The position numbers were made by a program, and so were the translations under genes. DNA of 61,713 nucleotides, filler included. It is 8 parts of 8 records of this genome, joined end to end, with 100 filler letters (N's around TTAATTAATTAA, not from the genome) between each part and the next. Parts side by side here need not be neighbours in the genome. Positions count along the whole stretch, not along the records: positions 46,507 to 55,704 come from SRR31156797_37844; positions 55,805 to 61,713 come from SRR31156797_37847; 6 more parts are not named here. One strand, given 5' to 3'. Below the pieces are notes generated by a model. The model did not search any database and was not told the DNA's origin. It was given only the letters and a program-made list of their open reading frames with translations. The stretch's first letter is position 1. Every line of letters begins with the position of its first letter. Of the stretch, positions 49,846 through 60,095 are shown in pieces.

Positions 49846-52800
49846 TTATGCTATATCTTTCTTTTTATAAAATAGATAGTATAGGTTTGGTACCATGAAT
49901 ATTATGAGCATCGTTGATACTACCAACCCACCCATAAGGATTACAGCCATCGGACGGAAAAAGTCTCCGCCGAATACAGCTAGGGGTATCAATCCAAGAA
50001 TTGTAGTTAAACTGGACAGTAATATTGGACGAAGCCTTCTGTTTGCTGCAAGTATACAGCTATCGTACACACTTTTTCCATCTTTACGCAGATTGTTTAT
50101 ATTTTCAACCAGAAGGATACCATTGTTCACAACGATACCTACTAGACTGACTAGTCCCAATAGACCTGTCAGAGTTATTTTTTCGTTCATAATGAGCATA
50201 GCAGCTAAAGAACCAATAAAGGACAGAGGAATTGAGATGAAGATTATCATTGGCTGAATAAATGAACTAAATTGGAAGTACATAATAAAGTAAATAATAA
50301 TCAATGCGATAATCAATGCAATCAGCAGTCCGCCAATAACATCATTAGTTGTCGCATTATCTCCTTTGTATATTGCAGATATGTTGGTTTCGGTAGAATT
50401 GACTACAATATCTTTGATATCTTTTTCCAAATCGTATGTACTATAGCCTGATGCCATATATGCGTCAATAGTTACACAGGGAAGACCATTGTAATAAGTG
50501 GTGTATTCAAGATTTTCAATATTATCATAGGATACGATATCACCTAGCCTTACACTTTCATTATTACTGTTAACAATATTCATATTCATTAGGTCGTATG
50601 GAGAATCTATATTTGTAATAATTTTTGTTGGTATTGAGTTATTATCCTGAGTGAAAAGCTCCTCGGTTATACCATTTACTGCTATTGTTATCTGCTCCTG
50701 CAACTCTGCAATAGTAAGTGAATGCATTGCCAGAGAGTTCTTATCCACATCCAGTACTATATCTGATTTCATGTTTGCCAGCTTAAGCTCGCCGTTGCTA
50801 AAGCTGTCTAGTTCCTCTATTTGAGAGTAAATGTCAGCAGCACTATCCTTAAGTAAATCAAAATCGCTTGATACTAGAATCAATTGAACTGGTGCAATTG
50901 GAGCAGATAACTCTAGACGATTAATAGCGATATCTCCAAATTCCCTTAAGTGTGATATGTCTTCATTGAGCTTTTCTATATAGCTGTCCAATTCATTTGC
51001 ACTGCAATCATATTCCAGTATGAATCTACCATACTGGGGTAGGTTTGTAACAGGAACTAGTATTGTATCAAACTGCGGCAAATCTCCACCCTGGGAGAAA
51101 CCATATTGCAGCAAATCTTCCTGAGATAATACAACTTCCTCAATACGTTTTGCGAACTCATATGAACCCTCATTGTCATTTAAAACATTGTATTCATAAT
51201 CCATATAAACAATAGTTTTTTCCGTTTTGGGGAACAGGTCTATTTCCTGAGTAGATATAACTGCATAAACCATTGCTGCTAGTGAAACAATTGCCAAAAG
51301 TGTAGGCAGGATTTTTAACTTAAGTGTGAATCTAATTGCACTGGTTAGTACCTTGTAATCATGAGTCTTTTTATTGAGTCTTTTTTTGTGCGGTTTAAAC
51401 AACCAACTTGCAAGAACAGGGGTTAATGTAATTGCGGCAATGAAAGATAATGATATTGAAATCAGTAGTGTCAATGGTAAAGTAAATGTAACATCTCCTG
51501 CTGTACCTTTCAATGAGAGAAGAGGTGCAAATGCTGCTATTGTTGTCAGGGTGGAAGTTAATACTGGCAGCCAGTTTTCCTTAACTGCCGCTACACATGC
51601 AGCATCCTTTTCCATACCAATGTCCAGATTATGCTGAACACTGTCAGATATAACAATTGAATTGTCAACCAAAATACCAATGGATATAATAAGACCGGCA
51701 ATACTCATAAGCTGTAAATCATTATTTAGTACATATAAAAGTCCTATAGTAGACATAACAATTACTGGTATAGTGAATGCTATTACGATGGAATTACGCA
51801 CACCTAGACCTATCAATACTACAAGCATGACTATTCCGATACACTGGAGCAGGTTAATCATCACTTGGTTAACCTGAGTTTTTACATGTTCAGGGGAGTA
51901 TATTACTGATGTGATTTCGTAGTCCCCAGTATTGGTATTTATGAAATCTTCGACGGTTGATTTAATCTCTTCGTCAATTTTCGTATAGTCTATGTTCTCA
52001 TCGAAATACATTTCCACAAATACAGCCGTTTTACCATTGTACTCATATATTCTTTTATCGTCAGTATCCTTTAAGCTTACCGTTGCAATATCTTTAATTT
52101 GAATGACTGTGCCTGTGGTGGAATCAATATAAATGATTAAATCATTTATATCTTCTAAGTTTTCGTATTTTGCATCAAGTATAATACTGGAATCCTTGCT
52201 GTTTATCTCAATATTCCCCAGAGGTACTTGTATTCCGCTGGCGTAGATTATGCTGTAGACATCTTTTGTTGTCATTGCCAGCTTGTTAAGCTCTTCATAA
52301 TCTATTTTTATGAGCACTTCTTTGTCGTAGGGGGAATCGACAATTGTGTTGCTGATATGGGTAACATTGTTTAATTCTTTTGCTAGTGCTTTCGCATTGT
52401 TCTCCAGTTCTAGTTCGCTTAGGCTGCTGCTATAAATAGCGTAGATAACTTCTGGTGCTGAAGTCTGTGCAGTCATTGTGATTTCTGTTATTCTGTCATC
52501 TAGCTTAGTATCCAGAAGTTCATTCTCTATGTCTTTAAATTGCTGTATATAATCCGTATTATCAATGTTCATTTCAATGATCATTATCATGGCATTATCC
52601 AGACAGGTGACTGTGTAATAGTCTAATGAAGAATACTTATTCACAATATCCTCTACATCAGTTGAAATATACTCCTTTATCTCGTCTGCATTATATCCTG
52701 GTGCAATGATTTCAATTATTCCGACAGGCATTTTAATCTCTGGCATTTCCTGCTTTGGCATCACATAATAGCTGTATATACCGAAGGCTAGAAGCAGGAG

Positions 52801-52857
52801 CGAAATTATTATAACAATGGTTTTTCTGTTTAGTAGTTTCTTTGTCAGTCTACTCAT
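49846..52857 (-). CDS. RND (AcrB/AcrD/AcrF family) efflux permease
   Basis: 1003 aa in two halves, with GILVDNSIVI, GIVVNNGILL and RLRPILLSSLTTILGLIPL. Confidence 0.92.
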   Translation of the reverse strand: MSRLTKKLLNRKTIVIIISLLLLAFGIYSYYVMPKQEMPEIKMPVGIIEIIAPGYNADEIKEYISTDVEDIVNKYSSLDYYTVTCLDNAMIMIIEMNIDNTDYIQQFKDIENELLDTKLDDRITEITMTAQTSAPEVIYAIYSSSLSELELENNAKALAKELNNVTHISNTIVDSPYDKEVLIKIDYEELNKLAMTTKDVYSIIYASGIQVPLGNIEINSKDSSIILDAKYENLEDINDLIIYIDSTTGTVIQIKDIATVSLKDTDDKRIYEYNGKTAVFVEMYFDENIDYTKIDEEIKSTVEDFINTNTGDYEITSVIYSPEHVKTQVNQVMINLLQCIGIVMLVVLIGLGVRNSIVIAFTIPVIVMSTIGLLYVLNNDLQLMSIAGLIISIGILVDNSIVISDSVQHNLDIGMEKDAACVAAVKENWLPVLTSTLTTIAAFAPLLSLKGTAGDVTFTLPLTLLISISLSFIAAITLTPVLASWLFKPHKKRLNKKTHDYKVLTSAIRFTLKLKILPTLLAIVSLAAMVYAVISTQEIDLFPKTEKTIVYMDYEYNVLNDNEGSYEFAKRIEEVVLSQEDLLQYGFSQGGDLPQFDTILVPVTNLPQYGRFILEYDCSANELDSYIEKLNEDISHLREFGDIAINRLELSAPIAPVQLILVSSDFDLLKDSAADIYSQIEELDSFSNGELKLANMKSDIVLDVDKNSLAMHSLTIAELQEQITIAVNGITEELFTQDNNSIPTKIITNIDSPYDLMNMNIVNSNNESVRLGDIVSYDNIENLEYTTYYNGLPCVTIDAYMASGYSTYDLEKDIKDIVVNSTETNISAIYKGDNATTNDVIGGLLIALIIALIIIYFIMYFQFSSFIQPMIIFISIPLSFIGSLAAMLIMNEKITLTGLLGLVSLVGIVVNNGILLVENINNLRKDGKSVYDSCILAANRRLRPILLSSLTTILGLIPLAVFGGDFFRPMAVILMGGLVVSTMLIIFMVPNLYYLFYKKKDIA

Positions 52858-53106
52858 ATTTTCTCCTTAGACTCTTATGTATTTTTGTGGGGATTCAGAG
52901 TTAGTTAATTTAGGAAGAATAAATATATAAATAAGTCAATGTCTTATTAACTCAATATCTTTAGTGTTTGCATAACAATATTAACAATTACAAAGTATAA
53001 AAAAAACAACCCATTAGTATTCAAATGGGAGGGAATAGAGTGAATTTTTAATAACTAACAGGGTTAACCCATAGTATGAATGTGTAAATACTTGAAAAAA
53101 ACACGC

Positions 53107-54042
53107 TTAATTATTGTCAAAATTGACTTTTGAGAAAATGCTCAACAATTTGTGTCTGCTGTCAATACTCAGCTTGGTGAATATTCTCTTTAGATGGGAT
53201 TTGACGGTATGAGGTGATAGAATTAGATTCATTGCAATCTCGTTATTAGTCTGTCCTTTGCAGACTAATTCAATTACTTCTAATTCTCTTTCAGAGAGGC
53301 TGTATTCCACCATGAATTCTGCTTTTGTATAGTGCTTTTCTTTGTTTTGTACTGAATTCATGCTATCCATATACATTTGCTTGTAAACGTATGAAGTATA
53401 GACTGCATAAAAAAGGATAGATAACTGAATTGAAGAACTGCTTATGAAAATAAGGTCAACTAATGACAGAATTATAGCACTAATAATAATCATTGATCTG
53501 GTATTGCCAATTGCTTTTATACTTTGCTTCTGGATTGTATTGACAATTAAAGGAATAATTAAGATCAATGTGAATATAGGAAGAAAATAATTATTACCAA
53601 CTTCAACATAATTTGCACCAGTTTCATTATTAGCGATGATTATTGAATAAACGAAAAGTATCGCTATGGCAATAATTATTGCTGTTGCAATTTTAATGGT
53701 AATTCGCTGAAACTTCATATTATTTGATAATACATAGTCACCAGTAACAAAGTATATAGCTGCAGAAAGTATTGCAATGAATGAAACACCATATAATATT
53801 GAGATATACTCATATACTTTTTGTTCCAGCAGCTCAAATCCAGTAAAGAGTGTGATAATATTAGAGAATGTAACGAAGAGCAAAAGTAAACTTACTGCAA
53901 TCGATGAAACGAGAATTGTAGTCAGGCTCGGATTGGTTTTTTTCTTATCATATGCTCTTTTTACTATCCAAATTGAGTATTGAGCAAAGGACATTACTAG
54001 CAGTTGATATGCGGTTATTAACAGTATATTTACTATTTTCAT
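53107..54042 (-). CDS. Membrane-anchored LuxR-family regulator
   Basis: About seven TM segments, then LSERELEVIELVCKGQTNNEIA..L.LSPHTVKSHL. Confidence 0.88.
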   Translation of the reverse strand: MKIVNILLITAYQLLVMSFAQYSIWIVKRAYDKKKTNPSLTTILVSSIAVSLLLLFVTFSNIITLFTGFELLEQKVYEYISILYGVSFIAILSAAIYFVTGDYVLSNNMKFQRITIKIATAIIIAIAILFVYSIIIANNETGANYVEVGNNYFLPIFTLILIIPLIVNTIQKQSIKAIGNTRSMIIISAIILSLVDLIFISSSSIQLSILFYAVYTSYVYKQMYMDSMNSVQNKEKHYTKAEFMVEYSLSERELEVIELVCKGQTNNEIAMNLILSPHTVKSHLKRIFTKLSIDSRHKLLSIFSKVNFDNN

Positions 54043-54097
54043 AAAGTTTATTCCTCTGCAGCAATGACAACTATACCTGTATTGTTATAGGTTTGTT

Positions 54098-55384
54098 CTA
54101 TTTCTTTGTTATATGTGTGTAGGTTTTATCGCCTGTTTTGTAAGGCTGTATATAATGATAATCACCTTTTAGTATATACTTATATGTCATAAGTCCTTCT
54201 ATGCCTACTGGTCCACGAGCATGAATTTTTGACGTAGAAATACCAACTTCTGCACCTAATCCATATACATATCCATCAGCAAATCTAGTAGAGCAATTAA
54301 CAAATACACTAGCTGAATCAACATATTTGGTAAAGGCAGTAGCGTTTGAATCGTCATTAGTCAAAATCGCATCTGTATGACCTGAACCATGTTCGTTTAT
54401 GTGGTCAATTGCCTCGGATAAATCATTAACGATTTTAATTGACAGTATATAGTTTAGATATTCAGTATCCCAGTCGTCGTCTTCTGCATTTTCAATATCT
54501 ATTATTTCAACCGTGTTGCTGCATCCCAGCATTTTCACATTAGCTTCCAGCATTTTTTCCTTTAACTTTGGAAGGAATTCTTCTGCGATATCATTATGAA
54601 CCAGCAATGTCTCTGTTGCATTACAAACAGCAACGTATTGAGTTTTTGCATCAAAACACACATCAACTGATTTCCCGATATCAGCACTGCTGTCAACGAA
54701 TGTATGACAAATGCCGTCAGCGTGACCCATTACGGGAATATTGGAGTTATCCATAATATGTTTGACAAATGCGTTGGAGCCTCTTGGAATAATTAGGTCA
54801 ATATATTTATCCAGGGACAGGATATTTGCAACATCTTCACGGGTTTCCATTAGTGCAATCCATCCTTCTGGAATTCCAGCACTTACTGAAGCTTCATTAA
54901 TAATGTCAAAAAGTGCTTTATTTGTATTTTTGGCTTCGCTGCCTCCTTTTAACAGTACAGCGTTTGCACTCTTTAGGCATAGGGAAGAAATCTGAACAAG
55001 AGCATCTGGACGGGATTCAAATATAATAGCTATTACTCCTATTGGACAGGCGACTTTTATCAAATTAAGTCCATTATCCAATTCCCTTTTAAGCTGAACA
55101 TCAGACAGTGGATCAGCAAATTTTTCTAATGAACTAAGCCCTTTGATTACATCCTGCAGCTTTTTATCATCGAATTTCAAGCGTTTAATAAGAGGCTGAG
55201 CAACATCATTCTGCAGAGCAAACTCAATATCCTTTTCATTTGCCTTGAAAATAATCTCTTTACTAGACTCAAGATTTTCTGCAATTTTTTTTAATGCAGA
55301 ATTTCTGACTTCATCTGATATATTTGCGAATTTAATTGCGGCACTTCTTGCTTTCTTTGCACTTTTTATAATATTGTTATCCAA
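54098..55384 (-). CDS. proA: Gamma-glutamyl phosphate reductase
   Basis: Motifs IFESRP, LKGGSEA, IPRGS, CNATETLL and STRFADG..YGLGAEVGIST. TTG start after GGAGG. Confidence 0.95.
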   Translation of the reverse strand: MDNNIIKSAKKARSAAIKFANISDEVRNSALKKIAENLESSKEIIFKANEKDIEFALQNDVAQPLIKRLKFDDKKLQDVIKGLSSLEKFADPLSDVQLKRELDNGLNLIKVACPIGVIAIIFESRPDALVQISSLCLKSANAVLLKGGSEAKNTNKALFDIINEASVSAGIPEGWIALMETREDVANILSLDKYIDLIIPRGSNAFVKHIMDNSNIPVMGHADGICHTFVDSSADIGKSVDVCFDAKTQYVAVCNATETLLVHNDIAEEFLPKLKEKMLEANVKMLGCSNTVEIIDIENAEDDDWDTEYLNYILSIKIVNDLSEAIDHINEHGSGHTDAILTNDDSNATAFTKYVDSASVFVNCSTRFADGYVYGLGAEVGISTSKIHARGPVGIEGLMTYKYILKGDYHYIQPYKTGDKTYTHITKK

Positions 55385-55562
55385 AATGGACCTCCAGTAT
55401 TCTTTCATTGAATATTAACAAATTTCTTCGTATTTTACAAGTAATAAGGTTATATAATATTATATGATTACAAAATATTAATGCAATTTTTTTGTTTTCA
55501 TTTGTGTTATTTGTAATAATAAACGCTTAATAATTTGTTGTAAAAATAGTCGAAAAAAACAA

Positions 55563-55591
55563 TTGACTTTGTGATAATGATTTGATATAAT
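55563..55591 (+). promoter_or_regulatory. Sigma-A promoter of the tRNA gene
   Basis: TTGACT-N17-TATAAT. Confidence 0.75.
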
Positions 55592-55641
55592 TTACACTTG
55601 TCAGACGATTGATTTGACGTAAAAAATTACATAATACGCAT

Positions 55642-55704
55642 GGAGAGATGGCAGAGTTTGGTTGATTGCACTGGTCTTGAAAACCAGCATAGTGTTAAAG
55701 CTAT
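55642..55704 (+). tRNA. tRNA-Ser(TGA), 5' part (cut at contig end)
   Basis: GGAGAGATGGCAGAG start, anticodon arm CTGGT-CTTGAAA-ACCAG and a long variable arm. Confidence 0.9.
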
Positions 55705-55804
55705 NNNNNNNNNNNNNNNNNNNNNNNNNNNNNNNNNNNNNNNNNNNNTTAATTAATTAANNNNNNNNNNNNNNNNNNNNNNNNNNNNNNNNNNNNNNNN
55801 NNNN
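55705..55804. other. Artificial contig linker
   Basis: N44-TTAATTAATTAA-N44. Confidence 0.98.
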
Positions 55805-56209
55805 TACCTTGAAGAAGGAATGTACGGATGGGTGACTGAAGGGCTAACGACAGGACATGTGCCGCAGATATCTGTCCCGGAACTCCATAAAAGGATAACT
55901 GAAGGAAAAGAGATGACCATTGTCGATGTCAGAGCCATTTCCGAATATGAGGAGTTCCACATCGAGGGAGCAGTGAATATACCGATTCATGAACTAAGAA
56001 AACGTCATGTGGACTTAGACAAAAATACTGAAAACATCATTATATGTGGCTCTGGACATAGATCCAGCATAGGATGCAGTATCCTGTTACAAAACGGATT
56101 CACCGACATTCTGAATACGGCAGGTGGAATGACAGGATATGCGGCAGCAGGTTTTGGACCGGAATGCCCTAAATGCATCCTGCCATGGGCGCCTTTCAGA
56201 AATAAGTAA
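55805..56209 (+). CDS. Rhodanese-domain protein, C-terminal part
   Basis: Motifs IVDVR..EY...HIEGA, ICGSGHRS and GGMTGY, with a CPKC tail. The frame is open from the contig edge. Confidence 0.85.
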   Translation, partial: YLEEGMYGWVTEGLTTGHVPQISVPELHKRITEGKEMTIVDVRAISEYEEFHIEGAVNIPIHELRKRHVDLDKNTENIIICGSGHRSSIGCSILLQNGFTDILNTAGGMTGYAAAGFGPECPKCILPWAPFRNK

Positions 56210-56253
56210 AAAGTGAGCAATTACCAAGTTGTACTTCAATTTTAGTAAATCGT

Positions 56254-56439
56254 TTAGTTAAAGGGGAGCCCTTTGAAAGTGAAGATATCTTTCAATATAT
56301 GTATGAAACATATTATTTCATCCAGAGATACCAATAGCAGGATCACTATAAGAATTGCTATAATCAGTTCAGAATAATCAGGGAGCGACTGCACCAGATA
56401 TTTGAAGGTGCTCAAACCCCCGTTTTCCGAGTGTGTCAT
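56254..56439 (-). CDS. Small hypothetical membrane protein
   Basis: 61 aa with one hydrophobic segment and an AGGTGA RBS. Confidence 0.4.
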   Translation of the reverse strand: MTHSENGGLSTFKYLVQSLPDYSELIIAILIVILLLVSLDEIICFIHILKDIFTFKGLPFN

Positions 56440-56648
56440 AATGTCACCTATTTAAATGTCTGCCACAATAGGATAAAAATGTAACGATAATCCCTCATGA
56501 TTTATTATTACAATAAATAAAGCAAACCACACTTAAAAAGAGAGCTTTGACCTTCTTTTCACATGGAAAATTGACCCTGTGATGCTGATAACATACGTAT
56601 TATATACATAATTAGTGATAATGACAAATGACAATTCAATTAAGTTAA

Positions 56649-56890
56649 TCACATACGTATACGAAAAAGATCTATGCCCAGAAAGGTGCAAAGGCAGAAT
56701 ATGAATTCTCTGATGAAACAAAACCTGTTATGGGAGGTTCATTCATGCCAAAGGTAAACGCAGGATATACTGACGTCACCATTGAGGTGCTGCATGACAA
56801 ATCAAGCTTTGCAGGTATAAAACCACAAGGCAAGATCTACAGGCAAATGAACATATGGATTGGTTAAACCGGATGGGCAAGCCAGGAAAA
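56649..56890 (+). pseudogene. Remnant of a PGF-pre-PGF domain (archaeal surface protein)
   Basis: Reads ...AEYEFSDETKPVMGGSFMPKVNAGYTDVTIEVLHDKSSFAGIKPQGKIYRQMNIWIG*TGWAS, with an in-frame TAA at 56865. Confidence 0.6.
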
Positions 56891-56960
56891 GAGAGACATA
56901 AAACATAGAACCAGTAGCAATTATTTGCTACTTACCTTCTTTTTTTATTGAGACTCATAT

Positions 56961-57821
56961 TTACAACCGATGTTTTATTTCTTCCCATAAAACCCGGATC
57001 TTAGAAGCAAATTCGATGTTAGAATACTCAACAACTGTTTTACCATTTAGCATTGCTTCAACAGGAGTCAGATCATATGGAAGAATACCTACAAGATCTA
57101 TTCCATTGTTCAGGCAATAATCTGAAATTTCTTCGGCAATTTCACTGTTGATATCACATTTGTTGATACATACTACCACAGGTATTCCAAAATGCTGTGC
57201 CACTCCCACAACCCTTTCAAGATCATGTGTGCCGGATACCGTGGGTTCGGTTACAACAAGCACAAGATCAGTGCTGGTTATTGCCGCAATCACAGCACAT
57301 CCAGTACCCGGCGGACCATCAATAATTATCAGATCCTTGTCTTTTTCTGCTGCAAGCTCTGCAGCCTTTTGTCTCACGTTTGATACAAGTTTGCCGCTTG
57401 CCTCCTCACCAACTCCAAGACTTGCATGTACCAGAGGACCAAATCTGGTACTGGAGGAATAATATTCACCTGCCTTTTTCTCAACCATGCTGACCGCATT
57501 TTTGGGACAAATATATTCGCAAACTGCACATCCTTCACATTTGTACACATCAACCACATTGTAACAGTTGATTGCTCCAAACCTGCATGATAAGGAACAT
57601 GCTCTGCAATCAATGCACATGTCTTTATTTAGGGATGCAACTTTCAACCCATAAAAATCGTATGTTTCAATAACATCAGGATGCAAAATAAGATGCATGT
57701 CAGCAGCATCGACATCACAATCCGCAATGATAGTATTCTCAGCAAGTGCAGCAAAGGAAGAAGAAATAGTAGTTTTCCCAGTTCCACCTTTCCCACTAAT
57801 AACTGTCAACTGTTTTACCAT
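56961..57821 (-). CDS. MinD/CobQ-type P-loop ATPase with inserted 2x[4Fe-4S] ferredoxin
   Basis: Motifs SGKGGTGKTT, DCDVD, CIDCRAC...C, CEGCAVC...CP, DGPPGTGC and VTEPT. Confidence 0.9.
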   Translation of the reverse strand: MVKQLTVISGKGGTGKTTISSSFAALAENTIIADCDVDAADMHLILHPDVIETYDFYGLKVASLNKDMCIDCRACSLSCRFGAINCYNVVDVYKCEGCAVCEYICPKNAVSMVEKKAGEYYSSSTRFGPLVHASLGVGEEASGKLVSNVRQKAAELAAEKDKDLIIIDGPPGTGCAVIAAITSTDLVLVVTEPTVSGTHDLERVVGVAQHFGIPVVVCINKCDINSEIAEEISDYCLNNGIDLVGILPYDLTPVEAMLNGKTVVEYSNIEFASKIRVLWEEIKHRL

Positions 57822-58676
57822 TCAGAAACCACCCTGATAGGAAACAAATTTACATATATACCTGTAAAGCTCCCGGAAATTCTCTTTCCAAACAGGCATC
57901 TGCTCCACAAAAGGAATTCCTTTTGAATAAAGAATAGCTATCTCCCGATCATCCGGTATTTTCATCAGAATAGGTATCTTTTCTGTCCGGCAATATTCCT
58001 CGACCCGGGAATCGCCAATACCATGGCGGTTAATCACAACCCCGAATTGGACATCAAGCTGCCTTACCACATCCACTGCAAGCCTTAGGTCATTCAGTCC
58101 AAAGGGGGTTGGTTCAGTTACAAGCACACAGTAATCCATTTCTGCAACAGATGCTATGACAGGACACGCAGTCCCTGGAGGAGAGTCAATAACTGCAACT
58201 GTGCTTTCATCTATGTGTGCCTGTAACTGCCTGATTATAGGAGTGACCATGGGTTCACCAATGTCCAGAGTACCCTGCAGCAGCTCGAGATGGAATCGCT
58301 CGTCTGTACCTTTTTCAATACTGCCGATTACACGATTTTCTTCAGAAATGGCATTTTCAGGACAGACAATAGTACAACCACCACAACCATGACAGAGTTT
58401 TGGAAAAAGCATGATGGTCTTTGGCATTTTAGCTATCGCATTATACTGGCAGAAGTCCGCACATTCGCCGCAGAGTGTACACTTATCAGGATCCATTACC
58501 GGAACTGAGATTGTAACATCTTCCTGCTTATCCATATTGAAACCAAGGAAAAGATTGCAATTGGGTCCTTCCACATCACAATCAAGCAATTGTGCACTGC
58601 CAAGAGCAAGGGCAAAATTTACGGCTACCGTAGTCTTCCCGGTACCTCCCTTGCCGCTGGCGATAGCAATTTTCAT
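57822..58676 (-). CDS. MinD/CobQ-type P-loop ATPase with inserted 2x[4Fe-4S] ferredoxin (paralogue)
   Basis: Motifs SGKGGTGKTT, DCDVE, CTLCGEC, CHGCGGC..VCP and DSPPGTAC. Confidence 0.9.
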   Translation of the reverse strand: MKIAIASGKGGTGKTTVAVNFALALGSAQLLDCDVEGPNCNLFLGFNMDKQEDVTISVPVMDPDKCTLCGECADFCQYNAIAKMPKTIMLFPKLCHGCGGCTIVCPENAISEENRVIGSIEKGTDERFHLELLQGTLDIGEPMVTPIIRQLQAHIDESTVAVIDSPPGTACPVIASVAEMDYCVLVTEPTPFGLNDLRLAVDVVRQLDVQFGVVINRHGIGDSRVEEYCRTEKIPILMKIPDDREIAILYSKGIPFVEQMPVWKENFRELYRYICKFVSYQGGF

Positions 58677-58695
58677 TTATCGGACATCCTGAGGC

Positions 58696-59085
58696 TTAAT
58701 GGCAATGTTCGTGGTCGTGACCATGGTCATGACCGTGACCTGCACATGAATTGTCCTGAGTTGCCTTGGACAGACTGTTACCCTCCCAGTCATTTATAGC
58801 ATCCTGAATTGAGCCTGTTGCACCGATAAATACATCAATACCGTATTGCTCGAACATCTGTACCGCTTTTCTTCCAAGACCACCACAGAGCATAATATCC
58901 ACGGATTCCTTTGCCATAATCTCCGGTGGAAGACCGGTACCACCATTGTGTTCGCTTGTGTTTGATATTACTGAGACTTCCTTAGATTCAGTATTATACA
59001 ATGTGTAGTAAGGCACCTTACCAAAGTGTTGTCCGACTGTATCATTTATTCCATTCTGTCCCATTGATGGTATACATAGTTTCAT
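58696..59085 (-). CDS. NifB/NifX family cluster-binding protein with His-rich tail
   Basis: Motifs QHFGKVPYY and CGGLGRKA, with the tail CAGHGHDHGHDHEHCH. Confidence 0.88.
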   Translation of the reverse strand: MKLCIPSMGQNGINDTVGQHFGKVPYYTLYNTESKEVSVISNTSEHNGGTGLPPEIMAKESVDIMLCGGLGRKAVQMFEQYGIDVFIGATGSIQDAINDWEGNSLSKATQDNSCAGHGHDHGHDHEHCH

Positions 59086-59152
59086 ATTTTGTACCTCATA
59101 TATTTTTGAATTAAATTTTTTATGATTGGAATTAAAATCTTGATTGCTTTTT

Positions 59153-59530
59153 TTATTGCTCCCTTGAGTTCCCAGGAGATCTTCCGGCAGAGTTTGCCGA
59201 ATCAATTGTTTCCAGTGAACCGGACATGTAGGCTTCTACTGCCTCACGCACCGTCCCTCCGGAAACTTTCTTCATATCAACACTTTCCGCTGAAAGCAGG
59301 GAAAATGCATTCGGACCCACACTACCAGTAATCAGAGCAGCTACACCTTCACCGATTATCTGCTGTGCTGCCTGTACACCTGCACCACCAGATGCCGCAC
59401 CCTGCCCATTGGCAATAGATTCCGAATCCATGGCCTCAGAATCAACTATGACAAAGTATTGGCATCTGCCAAAGTGAGGAACAACAGGAGCTTCCAAACC
59501 AGTTTCTTTTGTTGTTACACAAATTTTCAT
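59153..59530 (-). CDS. NifB/NifX family cluster-binding protein
   Basis: Motifs HFGRCQYF, GGAGVQAAQ and TGSVGPNA. Confidence 0.9.
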   Translation of the reverse strand: MKICVTTKETGLEAPVVPHFGRCQYFVIVDSEAMDSESIANGQGAASGGAGVQAAQQIIGEGVAALITGSVGPNAFSLLSAESVDMKKVSGGTVREAVEAYMSGSLETIDSANSAGRSPGNSREQ

Positions 59531-59722
59531 TAAATTCCCTCATATGAGTAATAAGATAATACACACATACGAGAATAAATATATAAGCTTAACCCATCAT
59601 CATTATATCTTTGCCATCCAATATGAAAGAAGAGCATTACAGAATTTTGTCACAAAAGAGAAGAAATACATAAATGTTTCCACAAACAATTAAATATCAC
59701 ATTACGCAATGAGTGCATAACA

Positions 59723-60028
59723 ATGACTTGCAGAGGAAGACCAAAATCACCAAGAAGAGTTGAATGTTCACCCGATGTACTTTATTTTAAACCACGCGGT
59801 GTACCCCTTAGAGAACTTGAAACCGTATCCCTTGCCATAGAGGAGCTTGAGGCCCTGCGACTGGCAGACCTGGAAGGATTGCAGCAGGAAGAAGCAGCTA
59901 GTAGTATGGGAATTTCAAGAAGGGCTTTCTGGCAGGATCTTCAGAATGCAAGAAAAAAAGTTGCTCTGGCCCTTATCGAAGGCAAAGCAATAGAAATTGT
60001 TGGCAAAGAACCCCAGGGCATGGAATAA
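59723..60028 (+). CDS. DUF134 family putative DNA-binding protein
   Basis: Motifs [32 protein letters not shown] and ARKKVA.ALIEGK. Confidence 0.9.
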   Translation: MTCRGRPKSPRRVECSPDVLYFKPRGVPLRELETVSLAIEELEALRLADLEGLQQEEAASSMGISRRAFWQDLQNARKKVALALIEGKAIEIVGKEPQGME

Positions 60029-60095
60029 TTACTGAGAACTTTACGCCTGACAATTACAAAATATAGTTACAATATAATTCTAAAGGAGATTCCAT

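Noticed and set aside
46507..55704. Genomic island bounded by tRNA attachment sites
   Set aside because: The two tRNA pieces are different tRNAs cut by contig ends. There is no integrase or duplicated 3' end, and the cargo is chromosomal.
56865..56867. Pyrrolysine or selenocysteine readthrough in the archaeal fragment
   Set aside because: The stop is TAA, not TAG or TGA, and similarity fades shortly after it.
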